NCBI GenBank assembly: GCA_021786385.1
Contig: JAJYNJ010000080.1
Coordinates: 195-64,194 of the forward strand
Length of the DNA stretch: 64,000 nt
Direction: 5' to 3'
Source of the DNA: Chloroflexota bacterium
GTDB taxonomy: Bacteria > Chloroflexota > Limnocylindria > Limnocylindrales > CSP1-4
Both the position numbers and the translations under genes were made by a program. A model generated the notes under the pieces. The model made no database searches. It was not told the DNA's origin and saw nothing but the letters and a program-made list of their open reading frames with translations. Position 1 is the stretch's first letter, and each line of letters opens with the position of its first letter. Below, in pieces: positions 41,089-52,568 of this stretch.

Positions 41089-41395
41089 TGCTCTTCCCGC
41101 GTGACGCGCTAACAGTAGCTCACGTGGAGCCGCCGGCTGCGTGGCCCAGGTGGCCGCCTGGCTCTGTTGTGGTTGGCTTCCGGGTGAGGAGGTGCGGCAG
41201 ACCGACGATTCTCTGTGTTGTTGCGCGACCAACTCGCCGCTCGGGACCGCTGGTGGGTCCCACCCTTGATGGTCCCAGCGGCCAGTGTCCACGATCTCTT
41301 GACCCTCGGAGCCAGCGGTCTGCGGAGACCGCGTCCCGCCGGTGGGCTGCCCGGCTCGCCGGCCCGTTCCGGGGCTTGTGGGAAGGGAGTCACGC

Positions 41396-43165
41396 TTGGA
41401 CACACCTGCACTCTTCGTGGTCCTCGCCCTGATCGCGTATGGCGTCGCGTACTTCTGGTACTCGCGCTGGTATGACCGCGCGGTCTGGGCCCCGGACGCC
41501 GGCAGGACGACCCCGGCGCACATGCTGATGGACGGGGTGGAGTACTTCCCGGTCAGCAAGTACGTCCTCTGGGGCTACCAGTTCAAGTCGGTCGCGGCGC
41601 TCGGACCGATTCTGGGCCCCTTCATCGCCATCCAGTACGGGTGGCTGCCGGCACTGGCCTGGATCATCATCGGCAATTTCTTCATCGGCTGGCTGCAGGA
41701 CTACAGCTCGATCATGGTGAGCCTGCGCAACGAGGGCCGCTCGTTCGGTCCCATCAGCTACGAGTTCATGGGGGCCCGCGGTCGGACAACCCTGCTCTGG
41801 TTCATCATCCTGTACCTGCTGATCATTTCGGCGACGTTCATCTTCTTCATCGCGACCTTCTTCAACATCTTCCCGGGCGTCTTCTGGGCGACCATCGGCG
41901 TCCTCGCGACCGGGGTGATCGCTGGACGGCTCCTCTACCGACTGCGCTGGAACGTGGGTCTGGTGACCTTGCTGGCGCTGGTAGGAGTCGCACTCTCGAT
42001 CCTGATCACTACCGACGTCGGCGTCTTTCACGTCGCCAAGAACTTCCTCGGCGGCAACACGATCCTCTTCTGGGCGATTGTGACGGCCGTGATCCTCTAC
42101 CTCGGCTCGGTGCTGCCGCTGCCGAGCTTCATCCAGCCGATCAACTACGTCGCGTTCTTCCCGGCGTTCGTCGCGATCGTCGTGATCCTGGTCAGCGCGC
42201 TGATTACGCCGCTGACCGGCGTCCACCTCCAGCAGTCGGCGTTCAAGACCTTCTATCCAGGTCTGAACCCCGGGCCGCTCTGGCCGATCCTCTTCGTCGC
42301 GATCGCCTGCGGCGCGATCAGCGGCTGGCACTCACTGGTCAGCAGCAGCTCGACCTCGAAGCAGGTGGACATCGAGACGGATGCCCGACCGGTCGGCGCC
42401 GGCGCGATGCTCACCGAGGGCCTGCTCGCGCTGGCCTCGCTCGCCGCCTACATGGTGCTCTCCTCAAAGGCCACCGGGCTGGGCTCCGTGGGGGCCTGGG
42501 TGACGGGCGCGCAGGTGCTGACGAACCCGTGGCTCGGCTTCTTGGGCACGGCGATCCTCGCGACCTTCTTCGGCCTGGTGCTGGTGGTCTACGCGCTGAC
42601 GGTGCAGGCGCTCGTCACGCGCTTCTGGCGGCTGGTGTCGGCGGAGCTGGCTGGCGACGGCCGCTACGCCGTGCTCGGCAACAAGCACGTCGCGACGCTC
42701 ATCGGGCTCGTCATCCCGGTCGCCTTCGCGATCAACGGCAGCTGGTGGAACCTCTGGCTCTATTTCGGCGCCTCCAACCAGCTGCTCGCCGGGCTCGCGC
42801 TCATGATCGTCAGCATCCACTTGGCGAAGGTGCGGCGCGACACGCGACCCAGCGTGATCCCGGCGACGTTCATGATCGTCACGACCCTCTCGGCGCTGGT
42901 CTGGGAGATCATCGTGTTCGTGAACGCCGTGGTCACGAACAAGCCGCTCACGCAGGCCGGGACGACCCTTGCCCAGCCCGCGTGGCACGCGGTGGCCCTG
43001 ACGTTCAACGGGATCTTCGTGTTGTTCGGGGCGCTCTTGCTCTACTTCGGTCTGCGCATGACCTGGTCGAGCTACAGCGCCTATTTCCGCATGCTGCGCG
43101 GTGTGCAGCCGCCGGCGCCACAGCCGAGCTCGTCCGTGGCGATGGGAGGTGCGGGTCGGAAGTAG
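41396..43165 (+). CDS. cstA: Carbon starvation protein A (CstA; peptide/pyruvate transporter family)
   Basis: CstA family polytopic membrane protein (…KYVLWGYQFKSVAALGPILGPFIAIQYGWLPALAWIIIGNFFIGWLQDY…). TTG start at 41396 with GGGAAGGGAG upstream. Confidence 0.85.
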   Translation: MDTPALFVVLALIAYGVAYFWYSRWYDRAVWAPDAGRTTPAHMLMDGVEYFPVSKYVLWGYQFKSVAALGPILGPFIAIQYGWLPALAWIIIGNFFIGWLQDYSSIMVSLRNEGRSFGPISYEFMGARGRTTLLWFIILYLLIISATFIFFIATFFNIFPGVFWATIGVLATGVIAGRLLYRLRWNVGLVTLLALVGVALSILITTDVGVFHVAKNFLGGNTILFWAIVTAVILYLGSVLPLPSFIQPINYVAFFPAFVAIVVILVSALITPLTGVHLQQSAFKTFYPGLNPGPLWPILFVAIACGAISGWHSLVSSSSTSKQVDIETDARPVGAGAMLTEGLLALASLAAYMVLSSKATGLGSVGAWVTGAQVLTNPWLGFLGTAILATFFGLVLVVYALTVQALVTRFWRLVSAELAGDGRYAVLGNKHVATLIGLVIPVAFAINGSWWNLWLYFGASNQLLAGLALMIVSIHLAKVRRDTRPSVIPATFMIVTTLSALVWEIIVFVNAVVTNKPLTQAGTTLAQPAWHAVALTFNGIFVLFGALLLYFGLRMTWSSYSAYFRMLRGVQPPAPQPSSSVAMGGAGRK

Positions 43166-43279
43166 AATCGCGGGCACGGGCGGGCTGGTCGTCGCCGGTC
43201 CGCCCGCCCGATCGATGCCGTATTCGCTCTGCCATCGATCCGGCGCGGCCGCACCATTGGCCACGCCGCAAGGAGGAAC

Positions 43280-43555
43280 GTGGTGCCGGAAGAGGAACGG
43301 AAGAAGCTCGGCGTCGGCGGGATGCTGAAGGGTGTCATGTACGGCATGGCCTCCCACGGGAACGTCACTGCCGCTCTGCGTACGCGGATGTACATGGAGC
43401 ACCTCTTCATGTTCATCACGCTCGGGGACATGCTTGGGATCCCCGTCCTGCCGCCGTACTACTCGCTGCGGCTGCTGCCGTACGCGGTGCCGAACGTGAA
43501 GTCCTGGAAGCAGCGGGTCTTCCGCGAGCGGGATTTCACGGACGCGCTCTACTGA
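43280..43555 (+). CDS. Small conserved hypothetical protein (91 aa), first gene of the ArsA-like ATPase operon; paralog of 46815..47153
   Basis: Shares the motif block LG(D/E)MLGIP…LRLLPYAV with the last gene of the operon. It has no known domain. Confidence 0.55.
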   Translation: MVPEEERKKLGVGGMLKGVMYGMASHGNVTAALRTRMYMEHLFMFITLGDMLGIPVLPPYYSLRLLPYAVPNVKSWKQRVFRERDFTDALY

Positions 43556-43573
43556 ACGGACGCGCTCTACTGA
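43538..43573. repeat. Perfect 18-bp tandem duplication (ACGGACGCGCTCTACTGA x2) spanning the stop codon of the small gene
   Basis: Read directly: …cacggacgcgctctactgaacggacgcgctctactgacacg…. Confidence 0.5.
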
Positions 43574-43671
43574 CACGCCCGGCGCCGGCGCGCGCGGCGG
43601 TGGGAACGATCTCGCCGCACGCCCCGCGGGCGTGCTGGCGTGGCGGCGACTGACAGCGATCGGAGGCGCTC

Positions 43672-44709
43672 GTGCAGGGTCTTGGTCAGTATTTTCGGTC
43701 CCGCGGCTCGACCCCGGAGATCGTGATCTTCGCGGGCAAAGGCGGCTTGGGGAAGACGACGTCCTCGGCGGCGCTGGCCTGGCACATGAGCCAGGTCGAG
43801 GGGAAGAAGACGCTCTGTTTCTCTACCGATCCGCAGGCCTCGCTCTCGGACATTTTCGAGGCGGACATCTTTGGCCGGGGTGTGGTCGAGCTGCGCCCCA
43901 ACCTGTTCGTGGTCGAGATCGACGCCGACCGGCGCGTCCACGACTACCAGGAGCAGGTGCGCGCCAAGATCCGCGACATGTACGGACTGGACCGCGTGCC
44001 CGAGGAGATCGACGAATACATCGAGTCGACCTCGGCTGAACCGGCGATGTACGAGTCGGCCACGTACGACGCGATGGCCGAGCTGGTGGCGGCGCGCGAG
44101 TACGAGCTCTACATCTTCGACATGCCGCCCTTTGGCCATGGCGTCCGCATGGTCGCGATGGCCGACATCCTCTCGAAGTGGGTCGAGAAGATCACCGAGG
44201 CACGCGAAAAGGTGGCCGAGTACGAGGCGGTCGCGGCGACGCTCAAGGGCGGCGGCAAGGAACGCACCGAGGACGCGGTGCTGCACGAGCTGCTCGACAT
44301 CAAGCGCCAAGTCACCAACTTCACCGACCTCATCACGGACCGCCGCCGCACGGCGTTCTTCATGGTGCTGATCCCCGAACAGATGGCGATCGTGGACACC
44401 GAGCGCGCGCTCCGCATGTTCGGCGAGCTCCACATCGAGATGAGCGGGCTGATCGTCAACCAGGTCTACCCGTCCGACCTGCTCGCCGACGCGGAGCTAC
44501 CCGAGTTCCTGCGCAATCGGATCGGGATGCAACAGGGGAACCTGGTCGAGATCAATCGACGGTTCGGCAGCAAGGTGGTGGCGGCGATGCCGATGTTCCC
44601 CCGCGAACCGAAGGGTCTGGAGATGATCCAGGCTGCGGCGCAGGTGCTGATGGATCCGCCGGAGCCGGTGCGCCGGATCTTCGAGGCGGCGCCGGGGGCG
44701 GCACGATGA
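43672..44709 (+). CDS. ArsA/Get3-family P-loop ATPase (BagA-like, short paralog)
   Basis: Deviant Walker A GKGGLGKTT. It has ArsA-family architecture but no metalloid-binding Cys triad. 345 aa, the same size as mycobacterial Rv3679-type proteins. Confidence 0.8.
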   Translation: MQGLGQYFRSRGSTPEIVIFAGKGGLGKTTSSAALAWHMSQVEGKKTLCFSTDPQASLSDIFEADIFGRGVVELRPNLFVVEIDADRRVHDYQEQVRAKIRDMYGLDRVPEEIDEYIESTSAEPAMYESATYDAMAELVAAREYELYIFDMPPFGHGVRMVAMADILSKWVEKITEAREKVAEYEAVAATLKGGGKERTEDAVLHELLDIKRQVTNFTDLITDRRRTAFFMVLIPEQMAIVDTERALRMFGELHIEMSGLIVNQVYPSDLLADAELPEFLRNRIGMQQGNLVEINRRFGSKVVAAMPMFPREPKGLEMIQAAAQVLMDPPEPVRRIFEAAPGAAR

Positions 44710-45830
44710 CCGCGGATCGGCCCGCCATGGGCACCGACCTGGCCTCGTTCTTTGCGGCGCACCCCGACCTGCGGTTCATCTTCACGGGCGGCAAGGGCGG
44801 CGTCGGCAAGACCGTCGCGGCCGCCTCGATCGCGTCGCTCACGGCGCGGGAGGGCCGGCACACGCTCCTCGCGTCGTTGAACCCGGTGCATTCGCTGGCC
44901 AGCCTCTTCGGGCAGAAGCGCCTCGCGTCCGGGCGGATCGAGCCGGTCGACGGCGTGCCCAACCTCGACGCGGTCGAAGTGGAGGCGGACGAGATCATCG
45001 CGCGCTACCGTGACAACATCGGGTCGCGCGTGCGGGAGTTCCTCAAGTGGGCGGACATCCCGGTCGACGCCAAGCCGTTCGTCGAGATCGCGGTGACGAA
45101 CCCCGCGTTCGAGGAATCCGCGATGTTCGACAAGATGATGGAGATCATGCTCAAGGAGGGGCGTGACTACGAGCGGATCGTCTTCGATACCGCTGCGGTC
45201 GCCAACGCGGTCCGCCTGATCGGCCTTTCGAAGATCTACGGCCTCTGGCTGGCCCGCATGATCGACTCTCGGAAGGAAGCGCTGGGGATGCGTGTCCAGC
45301 TCTCGTTCCGCAAGGAGCGGGTGATGGAGGAGGTCGCCCGCGACCCCCTGATGGCCGACCTGCTCGACATGAACGAGCGGTTCACCCAGGTGAAGGCGCT
45401 GCTGACGGACCCCGAGAAGACGGCCTTCTTCTTCGTGACGCTGCCGCTGAGCCTGCCGATCAGCGTGGTCAAGCGCTTCATCACCATGGTCCAGGCGTAC
45501 GACATCCCGATGGGCGGGGTGATCGTGAACCAGGTGCTCCAACCCGAGCTGCTGGGCGCCGGGGGGATGACCCGGATGTCGGATCCCGCAGAGGCCACCG
45601 GGCGCGACGAGACGGGCGGCGCCCACGCGGCGGACTACGTGCGCCACCGCTACCAGGAACAGCTGGGCTACCTGGAGCAGATCCGCACCGACCTCGGGCC
45701 GTACGTGCGTGCCTTCGTGCCGCAATATCCCGACGAGGTGAGCTCGGTCGCTGCGGTCTCTCGGGTGACCGACGACTTGCTCCGCTTCGTCCCCGACTCG
45801 TGGCGGGCGATCGCGGGGGCGGGCGCGTGA
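44706..45830 (+). CDS. ArsA/Get3-family P-loop ATPase (BagB-like, long paralog)
   Basis: ATGA overlap with the upstream ATPase. Deviant Walker A GKGGVGKTV. 374 aa. Confidence 0.8.
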   Translation: MTADRPAMGTDLASFFAAHPDLRFIFTGGKGGVGKTVAAASIASLTAREGRHTLLASLNPVHSLASLFGQKRLASGRIEPVDGVPNLDAVEVEADEIIARYRDNIGSRVREFLKWADIPVDAKPFVEIAVTNPAFEESAMFDKMMEIMLKEGRDYERIVFDTAAVANAVRLIGLSKIYGLWLARMIDSRKEALGMRVQLSFRKERVMEEVARDPLMADLLDMNERFTQVKALLTDPEKTAFFFVTLPLSLPISVVKRFITMVQAYDIPMGGVIVNQVLQPELLGAGGMTRMSDPAEATGRDETGGAHAADYVRHRYQEQLGYLEQIRTDLGPYVRAFVPQYPDEVSSVAAVSRVTDDLLRFVPDSWRAIAGAGA

Positions 45831-46387
45831 TGGCAGGCCTCGCCGACCAAGGGCTTCCATCGGACGCCGACGCGTCCCGCCCGGCCCCAGCGCCCGCGCC
45901 TACCACGCAGATCGTGCTCGGGGCGACCAACCTCCTGATGGGCCCCACGAACTTCGCGAACCTGGAGCTGCCCGAGCCGTGGCGGCTCATGCCGGGGGTC
46001 TCGCCTCCTGAGGTCGACCGGAGCCGCGACTGGGGCGGCAGCGGTTGGGTCACGGCCGGCACCGCGGACTATGTCTTGCGTCGCGCCGAGCCGCTCTTGC
46101 ACGTGGAGCTGCACCTCCGGATCGCGCCATGGCCGGACGGGGCTCGCCAACCGCCGCCGGCGGTCCCCGCCGATGCGCCCACGCTGACCGTGAACGGACA
46201 CGAGGCGCGGCTCTGGCGGGGGTCCGGCATCCGGGGACTGCTGCCGCGGCGTACTGTCCACTGGGCGCGGGCCTGGATCCCGTGTTCACACACCGGACGG
46301 GCGCTCTCGGTGGAGCTCGTCGGCGCCTGCGAGCTCGCCGAAATCGACACCCTCGTGCCGGTGGTCGAGCGGTTGGGGTGCCATTGA
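45830..46387 (+). CDS. Hypothetical protein (185 aa), coupled to the ArsA-like pair
   Basis: Its ATG overlaps the ATPase stop (TGATG). There is no recognisable domain. Confidence 0.5.
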   Translation: MAGLADQGLPSDADASRPAPAPAPTTQIVLGATNLLMGPTNFANLELPEPWRLMPGVSPPEVDRSRDWGGSGWVTAGTADYVLRRAEPLLHVELHLRIAPWPDGARQPPPAVPADAPTLTVNGHEARLWRGSGIRGLLPRRTVHWARAWIPCSHTGRALSVELVGACELAEIDTLVPVVERLGCH

Positions 46388-46818
46388 TGGCGGGAGATGC
46401 GGGAGCGGCGCGCGCCAGCCATCGCCCGCTCCGACTGGAGCTGGTGGGGCTCTTCCCCGAGCTCTTCAGCGTCTGCGCCAGCCGCTGCCTGACCGGCCAG
46501 CTGGCACGAGCGGGGGCCTCCACGGACGACGACCAGCTCCGCGACTACCCGCCCGATCTGTTGGCGGTGCACGAGGCGGCCGGCGAGCTCTTCGCGACGC
46601 TGTTGGCGGAGTTCGGCGGGCGTGTGGCGGTGATTGCGACCGGCACCACGTCGCCCCGTGGGCTCTGGCTCTCACTCCGGCACCGGCTGCCGAGCTCGGG
46701 CGTGGCGGTCTTCCTCGAGGGGCGCCTGCTCGACGCGTCCCTCGAAGACCTGCCTGCGATCCGAAGCGCGGTGGCCGCGGAGTTGGCCGCGCGGAGCGGC
46801 CACGGGGCGGCGGCGTGA
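46387..46818 (+). CDS. Hypothetical protein (143 aa), coupled
   Basis: TGATG overlap with the upstream gene. There is no recognisable domain. Confidence 0.5.
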   Translation: MAGDAGAARASHRPLRLELVGLFPELFSVCASRCLTGQLARAGASTDDDQLRDYPPDLLAVHEAAGELFATLLAEFGGRVAVIATGTTSPRGLWLSLRHRLPSSGVAVFLEGRLLDASLEDLPAIRSAVAAELAARSGHGAAA

Positions 46819-47153
46819 ACCAGGTCGACGGACGCTCGGCGCTTCGCCGCGAGAGGCCGACCGAGGGTGGGGCGGCCCAGGCGCGCGGCCGGCTACGGCG
46901 GGCGATCGGCGCTGCCCGCGAGATCCTCTGGGGCCTGACGCTCTACGACTCGTACCACGAGTCGATGGTCGAGGCGCAGCGGCACCGCGACGCCTTCGAC
47001 GTGCTGATCCTGGGCGAGATGCTGGGCATCCCCCTCATGAACACGACGGTCGGCCTGCGGCTGTTGCCGTACGCCGTCGGCGACCTGGCGGGGTTCCGCG
47101 TGCGCTTCCTGCGCGAGCACGAGGTGCTGGAGCAGGCGCCGCACATCCACTGA
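46815..47153 (+). CDS. Small conserved hypothetical protein (112 aa), paralog of 43280..43555
   Basis: GTG start overlapping the upstream stop (GTGA). It shares LGEMLGIP…LRLLPYAV with the first gene of the operon. Confidence 0.55.
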   Translation: MNQVDGRSALRRERPTEGGAAQARGRLRRAIGAAREILWGLTLYDSYHESMVEAQRHRDAFDVLILGEMLGIPLMNTTVGLRLLPYAVGDLAGFRVRFLREHEVLEQAPHIH

Positions 47154-47579
47154 TCGGGCGTCTCGGGGCTGTCGCGACGGAGCTGCGGCTCGACCGGCTA
47201 CGGCCGCACCGCAGCGAACGGGAGTTCACCGCGTCCGCCGGCGCCACGTCCAAGTCGAGCCTGGACCGCCTCGCGCTCGGCCTGGGACACCCGGTACCCG
47301 CCGGCGCTGAGTTTCCCGCTCGAGGACCGCGGATGACGCGTTGGCACGCGGGTGGCGCGTTGGCAACGGAATCGCGGCGCAGGCGCGTCAGGGGGGCCGG
47401 CAGCAGGACGTTGCCGGGGGCACTCGCCCACCGCGGGTCGCTCGTCAGCGGCACGCAGGCGACGGTACGGATGGCGCTCCGGTTGCAGGCGTCCCCCTGG
47501 ACGAGCCTCGCCACCTGCCGCGCGGTGGCTTCCTTCCGGGTTCTGGCGGGCGGCATCGAGCGCCAGGCCGAACCTCGAA

Positions 47580-49589
<2,010 letters not shown>

Positions 49590-49751
49590 CCGGCTGACCT
49601 CGAAGCGACGTGCGCGGTACGCCGCCGGCGTGCGCCGACGGCGCCGCAGGCTCGCGAATCTACACCCGGTGTCGCCAAGGGGGCCGGATTGCGGATCGGC
49701 GGGGGGCCGCCACGGGAGGGCGGACTGGCCCCGGGGGCCGACCGACCGGGC

Positions 49752-50402
49752 TCAACCAGGCCAGACCAGGCGGCCGTCCACCAACGCGAACGGATCGATC
49801 AGGAGTGGGTGCGGGTCGTTCATCTCGAAGTCGACGACGATGTCCGCGATCACGGGCGGTGGCGTATCGGCCTCGAAGCTGATGAGCGTCGCCGAGCCGG
49901 GCGCCGCGATCAGCTGGTCGTGGCTGCCGAAGAGCCGGATCAGTTCGTCCGCCACGAGCACCAGCGACGACGTCCAGGGCGTCGCCCGCGAGATTCGCAC
50001 GATCCGACCGCTCAGCGTTCCGCTGGTGACCGCCTCGGGGCCGAGGGCAGCTGCGCGGCCCTGGAGGTTGGCCAGCGCCACGTCGCGGATCTGCTCGGCC
50101 GTGCACTCCCACCGTTCGGCGACCGGCGCATCGACGAGGGCGAAGGCACGTCCGAGTTCGAGCCCGAAGACCACGGCGCAACCGGGATCCATCACGGTCC
50201 GTACGAGCTCCTCGCCACGGGGGTCCAGGCGCGGCCCAGCCAGCAACGGTAGCAGTCGCGGCCGCGCCCACTCCCAGGGAATGGGCCGGGGCATCTCGCG
50301 CGTGGCACGGTGCAGGGAGCGCTGTTCCCGCACGAGGGCGCCGCCGAGGCGGATCATGTCGTGGATCAGCGGTGTGGCGAGGAGCGAACGCCGAGCGAAC
50401 AT
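49752..50402 (-). CDS. Hypothetical protein (216 aa)
   Basis: ATG at 50402 was confirmed in the sequence. No family recognised. Confidence 0.45.
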   Translation of the reverse strand: MFARRSLLATPLIHDMIRLGGALVREQRSLHRATREMPRPIPWEWARPRLLPLLAGPRLDPRGEELVRTVMDPGCAVVFGLELGRAFALVDAPVAERWECTAEQIRDVALANLQGRAAALGPEAVTSGTLSGRIVRISRATPWTSSLVLVADELIRLFGSHDQLIAAPGSATLISFEADTPPPVIADIVVDFEMNDPHPLLIDPFALVDGRLVWPG

Positions 50403-50642
50403 GCCGCTAGTCTGCCCTCGCCCACTCAACGCCGGCTTATCAGCACCGTGCCATACGAATGGGCCGGCGGCCACGCCTCGCTGAGAGCGGCGCGGGGCGC
50501 GATGGTGCGCGGCCCGCGCGATGGTGCGTGGCCACCTGCTGCTGGCCTGGATGGGCCTGGCCGTCTGCCAAAGCCACGGGCGCGACCCGTGGGCGCGACG
50601 TCGCGGCGCCACCTGGCGTACGCTTCGGACGGAGGTGCCTCA

Positions 50643-50705
50643 ATGGCGGACAAGACGCCGAAGCGGCCGCCGAAGCCGAAGCAGCCGAAGAAACCGAAGG
50701 CCTGA
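50643..50705 (+). CDS. Candidate tiny ORF: 20-aa Lys/Pro-rich peptide MADKTPKRPPKPKQPKKPKA
   Basis: ATG preceded by GGAGGTG at about 6-7 nt. It lies in the intergenic region upstream of the acyl-CoA dehydrogenase gene. Confidence 0.25.
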   Translation: MADKTPKRPPKPKQPKKPKA

Positions 50706-50919
50706 CGGGCCGTTTCGTGCGCCGGGCAGTCACCGGAGCGGCGGGGCCATCCGCACGGCCGCGGCCGTCGGCAACCGGTGGCCACGGCCGAGGCGCAGCA
50801 GCGACCGCTGGCCTGGCCCCGCAACACCCGGCGTTGCGGCCACCGCCGAGGCGCCGGGATCGGCCGGGCCTGGCCGCCGTGACGCGTGCCGCTGCGCGGT
50901 GCGCGTGGTAGGGTCCGGG

Positions 50920-52077
50920 GTGGTGGACCTCGAGCTGCCCCCGGAGCACCGACTGCTGAAGGACGCGATCCGCGACTTCCTCGAACGGGAGGTCGAGCCG
51001 ATCGTGGCCCGGCACGAGCGCGAGCGCCGGTTCCCGGCCGAGATCGTGCGGCGTATCGGTGAACTGGGCTGGCTGGGCATCCCCTATCCCGAGGACGAAG
51101 GTGGCGCCGGCATGGACACCCTCGCGTATGCCGTCGCCATCGAAGAGATCGCCCGGACCTGGGGATCGCTCGCGCTGATCGTCGCCGCACACACCAGCCT
51201 CGGCTGCGGGCCGCTCCATCTCTTCGGCTCGGCGGCTCAGAAGGCGCGCTTCCTGGTGCCGATGGCGGCCGGTCAGATGCTCGGCGCATACGGCCTGACC
51301 GAGCCCGGCGCGGGCAGCGACGCTGGGGCGACGCGTACCACCGCACGCTTCGAGGACGGCGGCTGGGTCCTCGACGGGACGAAGCGCTTCATCACGAACG
51401 CCGGCCATGCGCGCACCTACGTCGTTGCGGCACGGACCGGCGACCGGCCGGACGGATCGGCCGAGGTGAGCGCCTTCATCGTTCCCGCGGATACCCCCGG
51501 CTTTGCCGTTGGCCGGCTCGAGGAGAAGATGGGCCTGCACGCCTCGGCGACCGGCGAGCTGCACTTCGACCGCTGCCGGATCCCAGCCGAGAATCTCCTC
51601 GGCGAACGAGGTGGTGGGTTCCCAATCTTCTTACAGGTCCTCGATGGCGGCCGGATCTCGATCGCGGCGTTGGCGCTCGGGTTGGCGCAGGCGGCGCTCG
51701 ATGCCGCCACCGCGTACGCGCGCGAGCGCCAGCAGTTCGGCCGGCCGATCGGGACGTTCGAGGGTGTCGCGTTCATGGTCGCGGACATGGCGACCGAGAT
51801 CGCAGCGGCCCGGGGCCTCGTCTACCGCGCGGCCTGGCTCAAGGATCGGGGCCGCCCGTACCGGCTCGAGGCGGCGCAGGCGAAGCTGTTCGCGTCGGAG
51901 GTGGCCTCGCGCGCGACCAACGCTGCGGTGCAGATCCACGGCGGATACGGGTACGTCGAGGAGTATCGCGTCGAGCGCTATCTGCGCGATGCCAAACTCA
52001 CGGAGATCGGGGAGGGCACGAGCCAGATCCAGCGGCTGGTGATCGCGCGGCAGATCCTGAACCTACGGGTGATCTGA
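50920..52077 (+). CDS. Acyl-CoA dehydrogenase (isovaleryl-CoA dehydrogenase-like)
   Basis: ACAD fold with the catalytic Glu context (…[15 protein letters not shown]). The start was chosen among GTGs at 50899..50923 and is uncertain. Clustered with HMG-CoA lyase and MccAB. Confidence 0.8.
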   Translation: MVDLELPPEHRLLKDAIRDFLEREVEPIVARHERERRFPAEIVRRIGELGWLGIPYPEDEGGAGMDTLAYAVAIEEIARTWGSLALIVAAHTSLGCGPLHLFGSAAQKARFLVPMAAGQMLGAYGLTEPGAGSDAGATRTTARFEDGGWVLDGTKRFITNAGHARTYVVAARTGDRPDGSAEVSAFIVPADTPGFAVGRLEEKMGLHASATGELHFDRCRIPAENLLGERGGGFPIFLQVLDGGRISIAALALGLAQAALDAATAYARERQQFGRPIGTFEGVAFMVADMATEIAAARGLVYRAAWLKDRGRPYRLEAAQAKLFASEVASRATNAAVQIHGGYGYVEEYRVERYLRDAKLTEIGEGTSQIQRLVIARQILNLRVI

Positions 52078-52115
52078 GGAACGAACCGGCGGGCCCCGCG
52101 CCGCGGGCCGGTGGC

Positions 52116-52568
52116 ATGGGTAGCACCGCGCCGGCGCTCGCGGGGATACCATCGCTGCTCGTGAAGCGGCTGCCCATCTCGTCGTTGCAGCGGTACCTGA
52201 CCGTACGCGACAGTCCCCTGTGGCTCGCATCGGTCGGGCTGCTGATGATGGCCCTGACCGGCGTCGTGCAGTCGTTCGGCGATCCGTCACTGGCTCCGGT
52301 CGTCGTGCTCGTGATGGGCGGGACGGTCCTGACGATCGTGCTCGGCCGCGTCCTCGTGCGCCACACGCGCTACACGCGGAGACGGCGCATCGCCGTGGCG
52401 GTGCTCGCGTTGGTGAGCCTCTTTCCCCTGCTCGGTGCGCTGGCGTTCCTGTTGCTGCCCGCCGCGCTGGCACTGCTCGCAGTCGAACTGGTGGCGCCGC
52501 CGCCCGGATCACCGGGTCCGCCGCCCGGCCCGATGCGTCAGCCTTCCGACCCACGCCCGACCGGCTGA
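52116..52568 (+). CDS. Hypothetical membrane protein
   Basis: 150 aa with 3-4 TMs and a Pro-rich C-terminus. It overlaps the HMG-CoA lyase 3' end convergently by ~30 nt. Confidence 0.4.
   Translation: MGSTAPALAGIPSLLVKRLPISSLQRYLTVRDSPLWLASVGLLMMALTGVVQSFGDPSLAPVVVLVMGGTVLTIVLGRVLVRHTRYTRRRRIAVAVLALVSLFPLLGALAFLLLPAALALLAVELVAPPPGSPGPPPGPMRQPSDPRPTG

Noticed and set aside
47154-47579. Possible regulatory direct repeat GCGTTGGCA…GCGTTGGCA (~47340-47370) in the convergent 3' region after the ArsA-like operon
   Set aside because: It lies between two convergent gene ends where no promoter is expected, occurs only twice, and falls within spurious-ORF territory. It is probably a chance repeat, and I could not support a terminator hairpin there.
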